A DNA stretch of 61,490 bases from a bacterium (GCA_037439545.1 JBBIVV010000008.1:1-61490); one strand, 5' to 3'. Counted from the stretch's first letter, positions 1-9,075 are shown. Program-made: numbers and translations. The notes: generated from the letters alone by a model not told the origin.

Positions 1-60
1 ATTCACAACCCGACATACATACTGACGATCCTTGACAACACATTGAACCAATTGCCGTAG
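1..60 (+). CDS. 3' end of a gene truncated by the window edge (IHNPTYILTILDNTLNQLP*), possibly a multiheme cytochrome c
   Basis: Open frame from position 1 to TAG at 58-60, followed by a terminator; HNPxY resembles the C-terminal motif of many multiheme cytochromes, but only 19 codons are visible. Confidence 0.35.
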   Translation: MHNPTYILTILDNTLNQLP

Positions 61-80
61 CGATAGAAGAATTTAGATTT

Positions 81-111
81 AAAAGGGCAGGCGAAAGCCT
101 GCCCTTTTTTT
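81..111. terminator. Bidirectional rho-independent terminator
   Basis: AAAAGGGCAGGC-GAAA-GCCTGCCCTTTTTTT perfect hairpin with A-run and T-run, between convergent genes. Confidence 0.85.
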
Positions 112-214
112 ACCCCGTTAGAAAGCCCCACCATTTATGATGGGGATAATATGATAATTTTTAGTTCCTTATAGAAAGGGCGTGGTTTAAAGCCACGTCC
201 TTTTCTATAAGGAG
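112..214. repeat. About 103-bp palindromic intergenic element (MITE/PATE-like), copy 1
   Basis: Begins ACCCCGTTAGAAAG; hairpins at 126-145 and 166-213; aligns with 1643-1745. Confidence 0.65.
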
Positions 215-215
215 T

Positions 216-971
216 TTATTTCTTATTGTAACTGCTTTGCGGATACGCTTGTTTTAACAGCTCAATGGTCTGTCTGTACTCTTCGGGAGAGTTTATCTTT
301 TTGTAGATCATCGCAAGTTTATACAATGCTTTGTCGGCAAGACCGCTCTGCGGGTATTTGTCATATACCTCTTTCAATCTGTTTATAGCTGCTTCATAAT
401 GCCCATGGTCGATGTAAAAATCAGCTATATACATATTATGCATACCGAGTGAATACTCACATTGCCGTGCATATTTTTTAGCCTCGCCGTTATATTGGGA
501 TGATGGATAATTGTCTATGATATATTTGAATTCATCGAGTGCATTATATATACCCGTTGGGTCTATATCGTAGGGTATACTCCCTGTAAGCCATGTTTTC
601 TGGTTATTAAGGAATGATTTTCCCTCCATGAAAACAGCATAAGGGATATTTTTATCATTCGGATACATTTTGATAAAGTGGTTGTAAGCCTCTGCGGACT
701 CAAGGTATCTGCTTTCTTTGTAATAGGTGTCGGCGATGCGCAGTTGAGCGAGCGGTGCATAGGTAGAATAGGGATAGTTGTCTATAATCTGATTCAGCGC
801 TTCCCTGACCTGTTCATAATCAACGCCGAATATTGAACCGCTTTTAAGCTCATCCATGGCTGTCTTATAATATTCTTCTGGTCCGGGCTGCTTTTTAATG
901 GGTTCCGACGCACAGCTTCCTATAAAAGAAAGAAGTGTAAACACTACAATTATAATCTTTTTGTTCTTCAT
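216..971 (-). CDS. bamD: Outer membrane protein assembly lipoprotein BamD
   Basis: Lipobox (IGSC), TPR-like repeats, motifs YPYSTYAPLAQLRIAD and IADFY..G.YEAAINRL. Confidence 0.85.
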   Translation of the reverse strand: MKNKKIIIVVFTLLSFIGSCASEPIKKQPGPEEYYKTAMDELKSGSIFGVDYEQVREALNQIIDNYPYSTYAPLAQLRIADTYYKESRYLESAEAYNHFIKMYPNDKNIPYAVFMEGKSFLNNQKTWLTGSIPYDIDPTGIYNALDEFKYIIDNYPSSQYNGEAKKYARQCEYSLGMHNMYIADFYIDHGHYEAAINRLKEVYDKYPQSGLADKALYKLAMIYKKINSPEEYRQTIELLKQAYPQSSYNKK

Positions 972-1630
972 TTTATCCCCAGATGATGTCTTATATCTTT
1001 GCCGATGACCATGAATATGACATCCTCTGCAATATTTGTCGCATGGTCTGCTATACGTTCAAGATTTTTTGAAACAAAAATGAGATCGATGGCAGTAGGT
1101 ATGGTCGTGTGATCGCTCATCATGTATGTCAGCAGTTCCCTGAAGACCTGGTTATTGATATCGTCTATGGTATCATCCCTGGTAAGAACATCTTCCGCAA
1201 GCTTCACATCTTTCTTTATAAAGGCATCGAGGCTGTCGCTTACCATTTTCTGGGCTATGGTCGATTCCCTCGGTATGTCGACAAGCGGTTTTATCACAGG
1301 CCGTTCAAGCAAGGATTCTGTTCTCTGTGCTATGTTAACAGCCTGATCCCCGAGCCTCTCAAGGTCCGTATTGATCTTGATAGCTGCCGTTATCATTCGC
1401 AGGTCGCCTGCCTGCGGCTGTCTCAAGGCAAGGAGTTTGAGACAAAAATCGTCAATCTCCACGTGCATGTAATTGACCGACTCCTCAAGTTTGTATACCT
1501 CCTTGAGCATGGCCATGTCCCTGTCGACAAGCGACTTGATGGACTTGTGTATCATTGTTTGTGCAAGGCTGCCCATCTTCATGAGCATGCCCGACAGCTC
1601 TTTTAGTTCCTCATCAAATTTCCGTTCCAT
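968..1630 (-). CDS. phoU: Phosphate signalling protein PhoU
   Basis: QPQAGDLR, DLERLGDQAVNIA, LERIADHATNIAE; downstream of pstB. Confidence 0.95.
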   Translation of the reverse strand: MERKFDEELKELSGMLMKMGSLAQTMIHKSIKSLVDRDMAMLKEVYKLEESVNYMHVEIDDFCLKLLALRQPQAGDLRMITAAIKINTDLERLGDQAVNIAQRTESLLERPVIKPLVDIPRESTIAQKMVSDSLDAFIKKDVKLAEDVLTRDDTIDDINNQVFRELLTYMMSDHTTIPTAIDLIFVSKNLERIADHATNIAEDVIFMVIGKDIRHHLGIK

Positions 1631-1642
1631 GAATACTCCTTT

Positions 1643-1745
1643 ACCCCGTTAAAAAAATCCGTTCTGTATGGCGGAATGTCAGGGCACCGTTTAAATTCGT
1701 TATAGATAGAGTGTGGTCCAAAAGCAACATCCTTTTTAACGGGGG
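1643..1745. repeat. About 103-bp palindromic intergenic element, copy 2 (degenerate)
   Basis: Terminal inverted repeats CCCCGTTAAAAA...TTTTTAACGGGG; internal similarity to 112-214. Confidence 0.65.
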
Positions 1746-2504
1746 TTATCCAAATCTTCCTGTTATATAATCCTCTGTCCTCTTGTCCTTTGGATTAGTA
1801 AAAATGTCGGATGTCTTATTGAATTCTATAAGCTCACCGAGAAGAAAAAATCCAGTATAATCAGAGACCCTTGCCGCCTGCTGCATGTTGTGAGTCACTA
1901 TGACGATCGTATATTTTTCCTTTATCTGCTGTATAAGTTCTTCGATATGCGCAGTCGAGATTGGGTCAAGGGCTGATGCAGGCTCATCCATGAGTATCAC
2001 CTCGGGCTCTATTGCAATAGTCCTCGCAATGCACAATCTTTGCTGCTGGCCGCCCGACAGGGTCGTCGCCGGTTTGTAGAGCTTGCTTTTGACTTCATCC
2101 CATAATGCTGCATTTTTAAGGCTTTGTTCCACCGTATCGGCAATCTTGTCCCTTCTTCTTATACCGTTCAGCTTCAAACCTGCGGCGACATTATCGAATA
2201 TACTCATAGTGGGAAAAGGGTTCGGTTTTTGGAATACCATGCCGATACGTCTTCTTACAAGCACGGGGTCGCTTGTTTTTGAATATATGTCTATACCATC
2301 GAGCATGACCTTGCCGCTGACTTTTGCACTATCGACCACCTCGTGGATCCTGTTCAGACATCGTACGAACGTAGTCTTACCGCACCCCGACGGCCCTATT
2401 ATGGCAGTTACGCCATTCTCTTCAATATCGATGTCGATGTTTTTTATAGCCTGGACAGTGCCGAACCAGGCATTCAGTTGTTCGATTATCAATTTTTTTG
2501 CCAT
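1746..2504 (-). CDS. pstB: Phosphate ABC transporter ATP-binding protein
   Basis: [31 protein letters not shown]-terminal YITGRFG. Confidence 0.96.
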   Translation of the reverse strand: MAKKLIIEQLNAWFGTVQAIKNIDIDIEENGVTAIIGPSGCGKTTFVRCLNRIHEVVDSAKVSGKVMLDGIDIYSKTSDPVLVRRRIGMVFQKPNPFPTMSIFDNVAAGLKLNGIRRRDKIADTVEQSLKNAALWDEVKSKLYKPATTLSGGQQQRLCIARTIAIEPEVILMDEPASALDPISTAHIEELIQQIKEKYTIVIVTHNMQQAARVSDYTGFFLLGELIEFNKTSDIFTNPKDKRTEDYITGRFG

Positions 2505-2516
2505 AGTATATATACC

Positions 2517-3362
2517 TTATAAAGCATATTTAGTTTTTGTAAACAGCTTCGATGCTATATTGACGATAAGCACGATTACAATGAGTACAAAGGCAGTTCC
2601 CCATGCAATTGAATTCCAGTCATGATAAGGGGATGATGCATAGTTGTATATAAGCACGGTCATTGTCGATATGGGCTGGTCAAGCTTGAAGCTCATGAAT
2701 GAATTATTGAATGCGGTAAACAGCAGTGGTGCTGTCTCTCCGCCCACCCTTGCAACTGCAAGCATGATACCTGTTACGATGCCCGTTAATGCCGTTCTCA
2801 ATACGATAAATATGGTTACCTTCCAATGCGGAATTCCCAGAGCAAAGCCTGCCTCCCTTATCGTATCGGGAACTGTTTTCAAAAGCTCCTCACTGGTCCT
2901 TGTGATAAGTGGGAGCATAAGGATTGAAAGCGCAACACCGCCTGAAAATGCCGAAAACCCATGCATTGGAAGAACGACAAGCGTATATGCAGTTATCCCG
3001 GTTACTATCGAAGGAATGCCGTTCAACACGTCTGCAAAATACCTTATGAGGGATGCAAACCTGTTTTTCCCGAACTCTGACAGGTATATGCCTGCCATGA
3101 TGCCAATGGGTATTGCTATGGCAGATGCTATGCCTATGACGATGAAACTTCCCACTATAGCGTTGGCAATGCCTCCCCCTGACTCGCCCGTCGGTTTGGG
3201 AAGCTTGACAAAAAAATCCCAGTTTATTGCGGAAGCGCCCTTAGCTATGGTGTAAATAAGTATTGCAAGCAGTATGGCGACACCAATGGCAGCAGAGCCG
3301 TAGGAAAGGACCAGCATGAGATTGTTGACGGTCCGCCTCCTCAGATAGCTCAGAGAACTCAT
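2517..3362 (-). CDS. pstA: Phosphate ABC transporter permease PstA
   Basis: Multi-TM; GIPSIVTG, ARVGGETAPLLFT. Confidence 0.93.
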   Translation of the reverse strand: MSSLSYLRRRTVNNLMLVLSYGSAAIGVAILLAILIYTIAKGASAINWDFFVKLPKPTGESGGGIANAIVGSFIVIGIASAIAIPIGIMAGIYLSEFGKNRFASLIRYFADVLNGIPSIVTGITAYTLVVLPMHGFSAFSGGVALSILMLPLITRTSEELLKTVPDTIREAGFALGIPHWKVTIFIVLRTALTGIVTGIMLAVARVGGETAPLLFTAFNNSFMSFKLDQPISTMTVLIYNYASSPYHDWNSIAWGTAFVLIVIVLIVNIASKLFTKTKYAL

Positions 3363-4267
3363 TGTATGATCCTCTCCCTCCTGACAAGCAATCGTGCGAT
3401 CGCGTTGAATATCATGGAGATAGCAAAGAGTATCAGGGCGAGTTCTATCAATGAAGAAAGGTACAGCTTTGTCGTTGCCTCCGTGAATTCATTTGCTATA
3501 ACGCTCGCAATGGTATACGAAGGCGAAAACAGCGATGCAGACATTACCGGCGCATTACCTATGACCATTGTTACAGCCATCGTTTCTCCCAGCGCCCTGC
3601 CGAACCCGAGCATAACCGCGCCAATCATTCCTGATTTTGAATGCGGAATAACAATCTTCGCTATGACCTCCCATCGTGTCATGCCGAGAGCAAACCCCGC
3701 TTCTTTATAAAGCATGGGGACTGTATTGAAGATATCCCTCGTTATGGAAGCAATGGTGGGTATAATCATGATTGATAGTATAATGCCGCCTGCAAGCATG
3801 CCTACGCCTATCGGAGGTCCGTTGAATAAGGGTATAAATCCCAGGTACTTGCCAAGGAGAGGCTCGACGTACACCTGAAGGAATGGGACCAGGACAAATA
3901 GTCCCCATAAACCGTAAATTATGCTGGGTACTGCTGCAAGCAGTTCAATCATAAGAGATACATACGGTCTGATTATTTGCGGCGCAAGTTCAGAAAGGAA
4001 AATAGCTATGCCGAGGCTTATCGGCAGTGCAATGGCCAGTGCAATAATGGATGAGGTAATTGTACCGAAGATAAACGGCAGTGCTCCGAAAACTTCATTG
4101 ACAGGATCCCATGTCGATGTAATAAAAAATTTTAAACCGAACCTGCTTATGGATAAATTCGAGCCTTTTATAAGCTCAAAGACGATTATTAGAACAAGTA
4201 CTAATATCAAAGAGGCAAATAGTGCGGATATAAACTTAATGGTTCTGTCACCTATTCTGTATTTCAT
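3359..4267 (-). CDS. pstC: Phosphate ABC transporter permease PstC (start placed at ATG 4267; ORF track extends to TTG 4306)
   Basis: ELLAAVPSIIYGLWG, GRALGETMAVTMVIG, IANEF. Confidence 0.93.
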   Translation of the reverse strand: MKYRIGDRTIKFISALFASLILVLVLIIVFELIKGSNLSISRFGLKFFITSTWDPVNEVFGALPFIFGTITSSIIALAIALPISLGIAIFLSELAPQIIRPYVSLMIELLAAVPSIIYGLWGLFVLVPFLQVYVEPLLGKYLGFIPLFNGPPIGVGMLAGGIILSIMIIPTIASITRDIFNTVPMLYKEAGFALGMTRWEVIAKIVIPHSKSGMIGAVMLGFGRALGETMAVTMVIGNAPVMSASLFSPSYTIASVIANEFTEATTKLYLSSLIELALILFAISMIFNAIARLLVRRERIIQ

Positions 4268-4317
4268 ATTAATCTTCAGAGTATCTCTATAAGAGTACAC
4301 AAACAAGTAAATTGTAG

Positions 4318-4350
4318 TTTACATGGATTTTACATGGATGTAACATGGAC
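4318..4350. promoter_or_regulatory. Pho-box-like array of three 11-bp direct repeats upstream of pstC
   Basis: TTTACATGGAT TTTACATGGAT GTAACATGGAC; 11-bp period typical of PhoB/PhoP (OmpR-family) sites. Confidence 0.7.
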
Positions 4351-4429
4351 GGAAACACCATTTCTCATAACGCGGTCTTCCCTATTTTCAAATGTTTTCC
4401 CGGGTAAGGCAAAACTGATTCTATTTTTC

Positions 4430-4489
4430 TTGACACGAGTGTCGAAGCATGTTCAATTGTAAGACATGAAAGTTGATACTATTGAACAA
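4430..4489 (+). promoter_or_regulatory. Putative promoter (TTGACA at 4430) with IclR-type operator half-sites
   Basis: TGTTCAAT at 4450-4457 and its inverse ATTGAACA at 4481-4488, each within an imperfect palindrome. Confidence 0.5.
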
Positions 4490-5326
4490 TTGACTGATAA
4501 AGTTGAAAGCAGAGGTTTGTCAAGCCCCTATCGTTCACTTGAAAAAGCTCTTGATGTATTGAATCTATTCAATAATTTTCCCGTTCTCACTGTTACTGAG
4601 ATAAGCCATAAACTTGGTTATCCGAAAAGCACTATATCGGGTCTGTTAAAAACATTCAGCAAGTATGAGCTCGTGGAAAAGGATAAGGATAACAGTTTCA
4701 AATTGGGCATTAAAGCATTTGAGCTTGGATTCAGATATGTAAACAGTATGGAAATACTGACCGTTACAAGACTCTGGGCTGAAAGGCTGTCAAAAGAAGA
4801 AGGCGAAGCAGTGCATGTCGCAATAAGAAGGGGTATGAATATCTATATCGTACTGGATGTCCAGCCTCCGAATTCCTACATGGCTGTTCTGCAGACAGGG
4901 ATGAACGTACCGGCACACTCTACTGCTCTCGGTAAGGTATTAATATCCGCCATCTCAGAAAACCAACTTGACGGTCTTCTTAAAAAGCCTCTTGAAAAAC
5001 TCACCGAACATACCATTATACAGCCCGAAAGACTGAAGGAAGAACTGAAAAAGGTCCAAGACACGGGCTATGCCATCGATAATGAGGAAAGTATCAGAGG
5101 ATTGGTATGCATAGCAGCACCAGTTTTTCAGGAAGATGGGAATATCATTGCAGCAATAAGTATTTCATCCATGGAGCTTGTCGGTAAAGAAGAAAAGATA
5201 CAGTCTATCATCAATAAGGTAAAGGCAGTTGCAAGCAATATATCGATGGATGTCGGTTACCAGCCGGTAAGAGTACACTACGCGAGACTCACCGCTCAAG
5301 ATTCTAAACTAAAGATTGAAGAATAA
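4466..5326 (+). CDS. IclR family transcriptional regulator (exact start uncertain)
   Basis: N-terminal HTH (SLEKALDVL...LGYPKSTISGLL), PAHSTALGKVL, GYAIDNEE...CIAAPV. Confidence 0.92.
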   Translation: MKVDTIEQLTDKVESRGLSSPYRSLEKALDVLNLFNNFPVLTVTEISHKLGYPKSTISGLLKTFSKYELVEKDKDNSFKLGIKAFELGFRYVNSMEILTVTRLWAERLSKEEGEAVHVAIRRGMNIYIVLDVQPPNSYMAVLQTGMNVPAHSTALGKVLISAISENQLDGLLKKPLEKLTEHTIIQPERLKEELKKVQDTGYAIDNEESIRGLVCIAAPVFQEDGNIIAAISISSMELVGKEEKIQSIINKVKAVASNISMDVGYQPVRVHYARLTAQDSKLKIEE

Positions 5327-5352
5327 AAAATAAAGATTGAAAAGGAGGATGT

Positions 5353-5760
5353 ATGGCATTTCCGTACACAGGCGATAAACAAAAGGCAGATGAATTTATG
5401 TATGAGTTCCTTCTCAGCACCAAGACGGACCCGGAGCTTTTTGAAGGGTGGAAGAACCTGAACATGGTTGTCGGAGTTAAGATCCTGGACCTTGAATTAG
5501 GCTATACAATCAACTGTACATCAGGCACCGATGTCGTGATAACCAAGGGCTATCCCGATAAACCGCAGGCCGCATTGAAGCTCAACAGCGATGTGTTCCA
5601 CAATCTTTATATAGGTAAGCTCAATGTCGTATGGGCTTTTTCCATGCGTAAGATTAAAACAGAGGGCAATATCGCGAGTGTTATGAAATTAACGTCGCTT
5701 CAGCCAAGGGGAATCAAGATGTATAAAGATTATCTTAAGGCAAAGGGATTGCCGGAATAA
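5353..5760 (+). CDS. SCP2 (sterol carrier protein 2)-like lipid-binding domain protein
   Basis: LKLNSDVFHNLYIGKLNVVWAFSMRKIKTEGNIASVMKL matches the SCP2 C-terminal pattern; strong SD AAGGAGG. Confidence 0.7.
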   Translation: MAFPYTGDKQKADEFMYEFLLSTKTDPELFEGWKNLNMVVGVKILDLELGYTINCTSGTDVVITKGYPDKPQAALKLNSDVFHNLYIGKLNVVWAFSMRKIKTEGNIASVMKLTSLQPRGIKMYKDYLKAKGLPE

Positions 5761-5772
5761 GAAGGAGGTACT

Positions 5773-6729
5773 ATGGAAAAGAGTTTTTTACTTGGTCTTT
5801 ATGAGACCATGTTCAGAATAAGGACATTCGAAGAAGAGGTTAAAAGGCAGTTTGAGGACGGGAACATTCCCGGTTTTATACATCTTGCATCAGGGCAGGA
5901 GGCTGTTTCAGCAGGTGCTTGTGCTGCAATCAATAAGGATGATTACATAGGCTCGACGCACAGGGGGCACGCGAACCTTATCGCAAAGGGAGGCAGGACC
6001 GACCGCATGATGGCAGAGCTTTTTGCGCGTGAAACAGGTTATTGTAAAGGCAGGGGTGGATGTCTTCATATAACAGATATGAGCGTAGGCAGTCTGGGTG
6101 CAAACGGTATTGTAGCAGCAGGCATTATTGTTACCAACGGTGCGGCATTGTCATCAAAACTGCTGAAAAATAAAAAAGTTACCTTAAGCTTTTTTGGCGA
6201 TGGTGCTACGAATCAGGGCAAATTTCATGAGGCTATGAACCTTGCATCATTGTGGTCTTTACCCATTGTGTTTATCTGTGAGAATAACCTTTATGGTGAA
6301 GCAACGCCTCAGGCAAAACATATGAAGACAAAGGACATAGCAGTCAGGGCAAAGGCTTACGATATGCCCGGGATCGTCGTTGACGGACAGGATGTGCTCA
6401 AGGTTTATGAGGTTATGACAGATGCCGTCAAAATGGCACGGGACGGGAAAGGACCTTCACTTATCGAAGCCAAGACCTACAGGTTCCATGGCCATCATAT
6501 AGGCGATCCTGAGACATATAGGACGAGAGAAGAGGTAGAGGAATGGATGGAGAAGCGGGACCCTATCAAGCTTTTCAAAGCAAAACTTTTAAAAGATTTT
6601 AAGGTGAGCGGTTCTGAAATCGATCCGATCGAGACCAAGATACTGAAAGAAATAGAGAATGCTGTCCGGTTCGCAAGTGAAAGTCCGGCACCTGATCCGG
6701 CAACACTCACGCAGAACGTGTATGCTTAG
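5773..6729 (+). CDS. TPP-dependent dehydrogenase E1 alpha subunit (acetoin dehydrogenase AcoA-like)
   Basis: GFIHLASGQEA, STHRGH, TPP motif GDGA...ENN, KTYRFHGHHIGD. Confidence 0.9.
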   Translation: MEKSFLLGLYETMFRIRTFEEEVKRQFEDGNIPGFIHLASGQEAVSAGACAAINKDDYIGSTHRGHANLIAKGGRTDRMMAELFARETGYCKGRGGCLHITDMSVGSLGANGIVAAGIIVTNGAALSSKLLKNKKVTLSFFGDGATNQGKFHEAMNLASLWSLPIVFICENNLYGEATPQAKHMKTKDIAVRAKAYDMPGIVVDGQDVLKVYEVMTDAVKMARDGKGPSLIEAKTYRFHGHHIGDPETYRTREEVEEWMEKRDPIKLFKAKLLKDFKVSGSEIDPIETKILKEIENAVRFASESPAPDPATLTQNVYA

Positions 6730-6743
6730 TAAAGGAGGTAATT

Positions 6744-7721
6744 ATGACAGAGATGAAATTAATAACCGGTAAAGATGCAATACGGGATGCTTTGATAGAG
6801 GAGATGCGAAGGGATAAAACGGTTTTTCTCCTTGGCGAGGACCTCGAGCAGGCAACATTCGGCGTGACCGACGGTTTGCTTGAGGAGTTTGGTGCTGAAC
6901 GCGTCAGGAATACGCCTATCAGTGAAAACGCGATTGTGGGTGCTGCAATCGGAGCCGCATTGACAGGCATGAGACCTGTCGCAGAGATTATGTTTGCCGA
7001 TTTTCTTATGGATGCAATGGACCCAATCGTGAACACCATGGCAAAGGCAAGGTTTATGACAGGCGGGCAGGCAAAGATACCTATGGTTATAAGGACGCCG
7101 TCAGGTGCGGGGTTATCTGCAGGCGCACAGCACTCCCAGAGTCCTGAGGCACTGTTTATGCACATACCCGGTATAAAGATCGCGGTGCCTTCTACTCCTT
7201 ATGATATGAAGGGGCTGTTGAAAACAGCCATCCGTATCGACGACCCGGTGCTGTTTTTTGAGCATAAGATGCTTTACTACGAGGGCGGAGAAGTACCTGT
7301 CGGCGATTATACGATACCGTTCGGTAAGGCGGATGTTAAAAGAAAGGGGAAAGATGTGACCATCGTGGCTGTGCTTGCAATGGTAAAAAAAGCGATGATG
7401 GCTGCCGATATACTTGCCAATGAAGGTATCGAGGTGGAGATTGTCGATCCCATGACACTCAACCCTCTCGATATGGAGACCATCATAAACTCTGTTAAAA
7501 AGACAAAGAGGCTTCTTACGGTAGAAGAGGGTGCAAGGACAGGCGGTATAGGTGCAGAGATTGCCGCACGGGTCGCTGAGGATGCGCTTGACTATCTTGA
7601 CGCACCGGTAAAGAGACTCGGCGGTTCGGATACGCCGATACCTTTCTCTCCTGTGCTTGAGGAAGCTATGTATCCTACAGAAGATACTATAGCGAATGCA
7701 GTAAAACAGATGCTTGGATAA
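6744..7721 (+). CDS. TPP-dependent dehydrogenase E1 beta subunit (AcoB-like)
   Basis: NTPISE, RPVAEIMF, AQHSQS, FFEHK. Confidence 0.9.
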   Translation: MTEMKLITGKDAIRDALIEEMRRDKTVFLLGEDLEQATFGVTDGLLEEFGAERVRNTPISENAIVGAAIGAALTGMRPVAEIMFADFLMDAMDPIVNTMAKARFMTGGQAKIPMVIRTPSGAGLSAGAQHSQSPEALFMHIPGIKIAVPSTPYDMKGLLKTAIRIDDPVLFFEHKMLYYEGGEVPVGDYTIPFGKADVKRKGKDVTIVAVLAMVKKAMMAADILANEGIEVEIVDPMTLNPLDMETIINSVKKTKRLLTVEEGARTGGIGAEIAARVAEDALDYLDAPVKRLGGSDTPIPFSPVLEEAMYPTEDTIANAVKQMLG

Positions 7722-7726
7722 CAGAG

Positions 7727-9073
7727 ATGATCTCCCATGTATTGATGCCCAAACTCGGGCTTGTGATGAAAAAGGGCAGGATTATAAAGTGGTATAAAAA
7801 GGTCGGAGAATATGTAAAAGAGGGTGAACCCCTTTTTCAGATCTCCACGGAAAAGGTTACTATAGACGTAGAGGCCAAATCATCCGGTTATTTAAGGGTC
7901 CTATATGCAATGCCCGGCACCATTGTTCCGGTTTCAGGTATCATAGGCCTGATAGGTGATAAGGATGAGCTATTGCCTGATATAAAACCGCCTGTTTATG
8001 AAATTGATAAGAAGGGTATAGACGATTCCAATGTACCGAATACCGGAGGAGCTGGTCTCAAACCTGTTTCTGTGGATAAAGACCGGAACAATGATATCAA
8101 AGCAAGCCCTGCTGCGAAGAGATTTGCAAAAGAAAAGGGCATTGAACTTTCAAAGATAAAAGGTACAGGGCCGGATGGCAGGATTACGGAAACAGACGTG
8201 AGCAACTATAAACCCGAAGAGAGCACACACGGTATTGACAGGTCTTCCGGCATCCCTGCAACACCTTATGCAAGGAAACTTGCACAGGAGCATGGTGTGT
8301 CCATGGAGCACATAGTACAAACGACAGGTGAAAGAAAGATATACGCACAGGATGTTGCGGATTTCGTTCCGGATACAGGAGCAGAAGAGGCATCGGTGCT
8401 CATGCCCATGACAGACATAAGAAGGGCTGTTTCAGACAGGATGAGCTACAGTGCACATACAGTCGCGCCTGTAACGCTCGGTATGGAGGTTGTGGCTGAA
8501 GAGCTGCTGAAGCTTAAGTATGCCCTGTCTTTGTCTTACCCTTCTGATAAGGTAACGATCAATGATATCCTCGTGAAGCTCGTTGCTGTGGCACTGAAGA
8601 AACATCCTCTGGCAAATGCCTCATTGGAGGATAACGCCATAAGGATTCATAAAGTCATAAATATGGGTATCGGAGTTGCTGTCGAAGGAGGATTGATCGT
8701 TCCTGCCATTTCAAATGCCGATAAAAAGAGCATCCTGCAGATCTCGAGAGAATCAAAAGACCTCATTGAAAGGGCAAAAACAGGCAGGCTTACGCTGGAT
8801 GAATTATCGAGAGGTACTTTTACTTTGACCAATCTCGGCGCTTTCGGCATCGACATGTTTACGCCCATTATCAACCCCCCGCAATCAGCGACGCTCGGTA
8901 TCGGCAAGATCACGAAAAAACCATGGGTTGCGGATGATAAAATTGAAGTTCGTTCAACGATGGTCCTCAGTCTTACCTTTGATCACAGGATTATAGACGG
9001 TGCACCTGCGGCACAGTGCCTTTTAACGATAAAGCAGTACCTCGAGAATCCTTATATGGTCTTTGGAGCATAA
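7727..9073 (+). CDS. Dihydrolipoamide acyltransferase E2 (one lipoyl domain, two subunit-binding domains)
   Basis: MPKLG...STEKV lipoyl site; ASPAAKR and ATPYARK segments; catalytic DHRIIDG. Confidence 0.92.
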   Translation: MISHVLMPKLGLVMKKGRIIKWYKKVGEYVKEGEPLFQISTEKVTIDVEAKSSGYLRVLYAMPGTIVPVSGIIGLIGDKDELLPDIKPPVYEIDKKGIDDSNVPNTGGAGLKPVSVDKDRNNDIKASPAAKRFAKEKGIELSKIKGTGPDGRITETDVSNYKPEESTHGIDRSSGIPATPYARKLAQEHGVSMEHIVQTTGERKIYAQDVADFVPDTGAEEASVLMPMTDIRRAVSDRMSYSAHTVAPVTLGMEVVAEELLKLKYALSLSYPSDKVTINDILVKLVAVALKKHPLANASLEDNAIRIHKVINMGIGVAVEGGLIVPAISNADKKSILQISRESKDLIERAKTGRLTLDELSRGTFTLTNLGAFGIDMFTPIINPPQSATLGIGKITKKPWVADDKIEVRSTMVLSLTFDHRIIDGAPAAQCLLTIKQYLENPYMVFGA

Positions 9074-9075
9074 GC

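Noticed and set aside
4318..4350. CRISPR or iteron interpretation of the 11-bp repeats
   Set aside because: Units are too short, have no spacers, and no cas or rep genes are nearby; a Pho box fits better.
5773..9073. Calling the complex pdhABC or acoABC outright
   Set aside because: Motifs are AcoA-like but divergent, and the context (IclR, SCP2, C45) does not fix the substrate.
9016..9075. Upstream starts in the ORF track for lpdA (also lipB 10434, phoB 20785, MFS 28038, pstC 4306)
   Set aside because: They overlap neighbouring genes or promoters and add non-homologous residues; downstream ATGs fit family N-termini.
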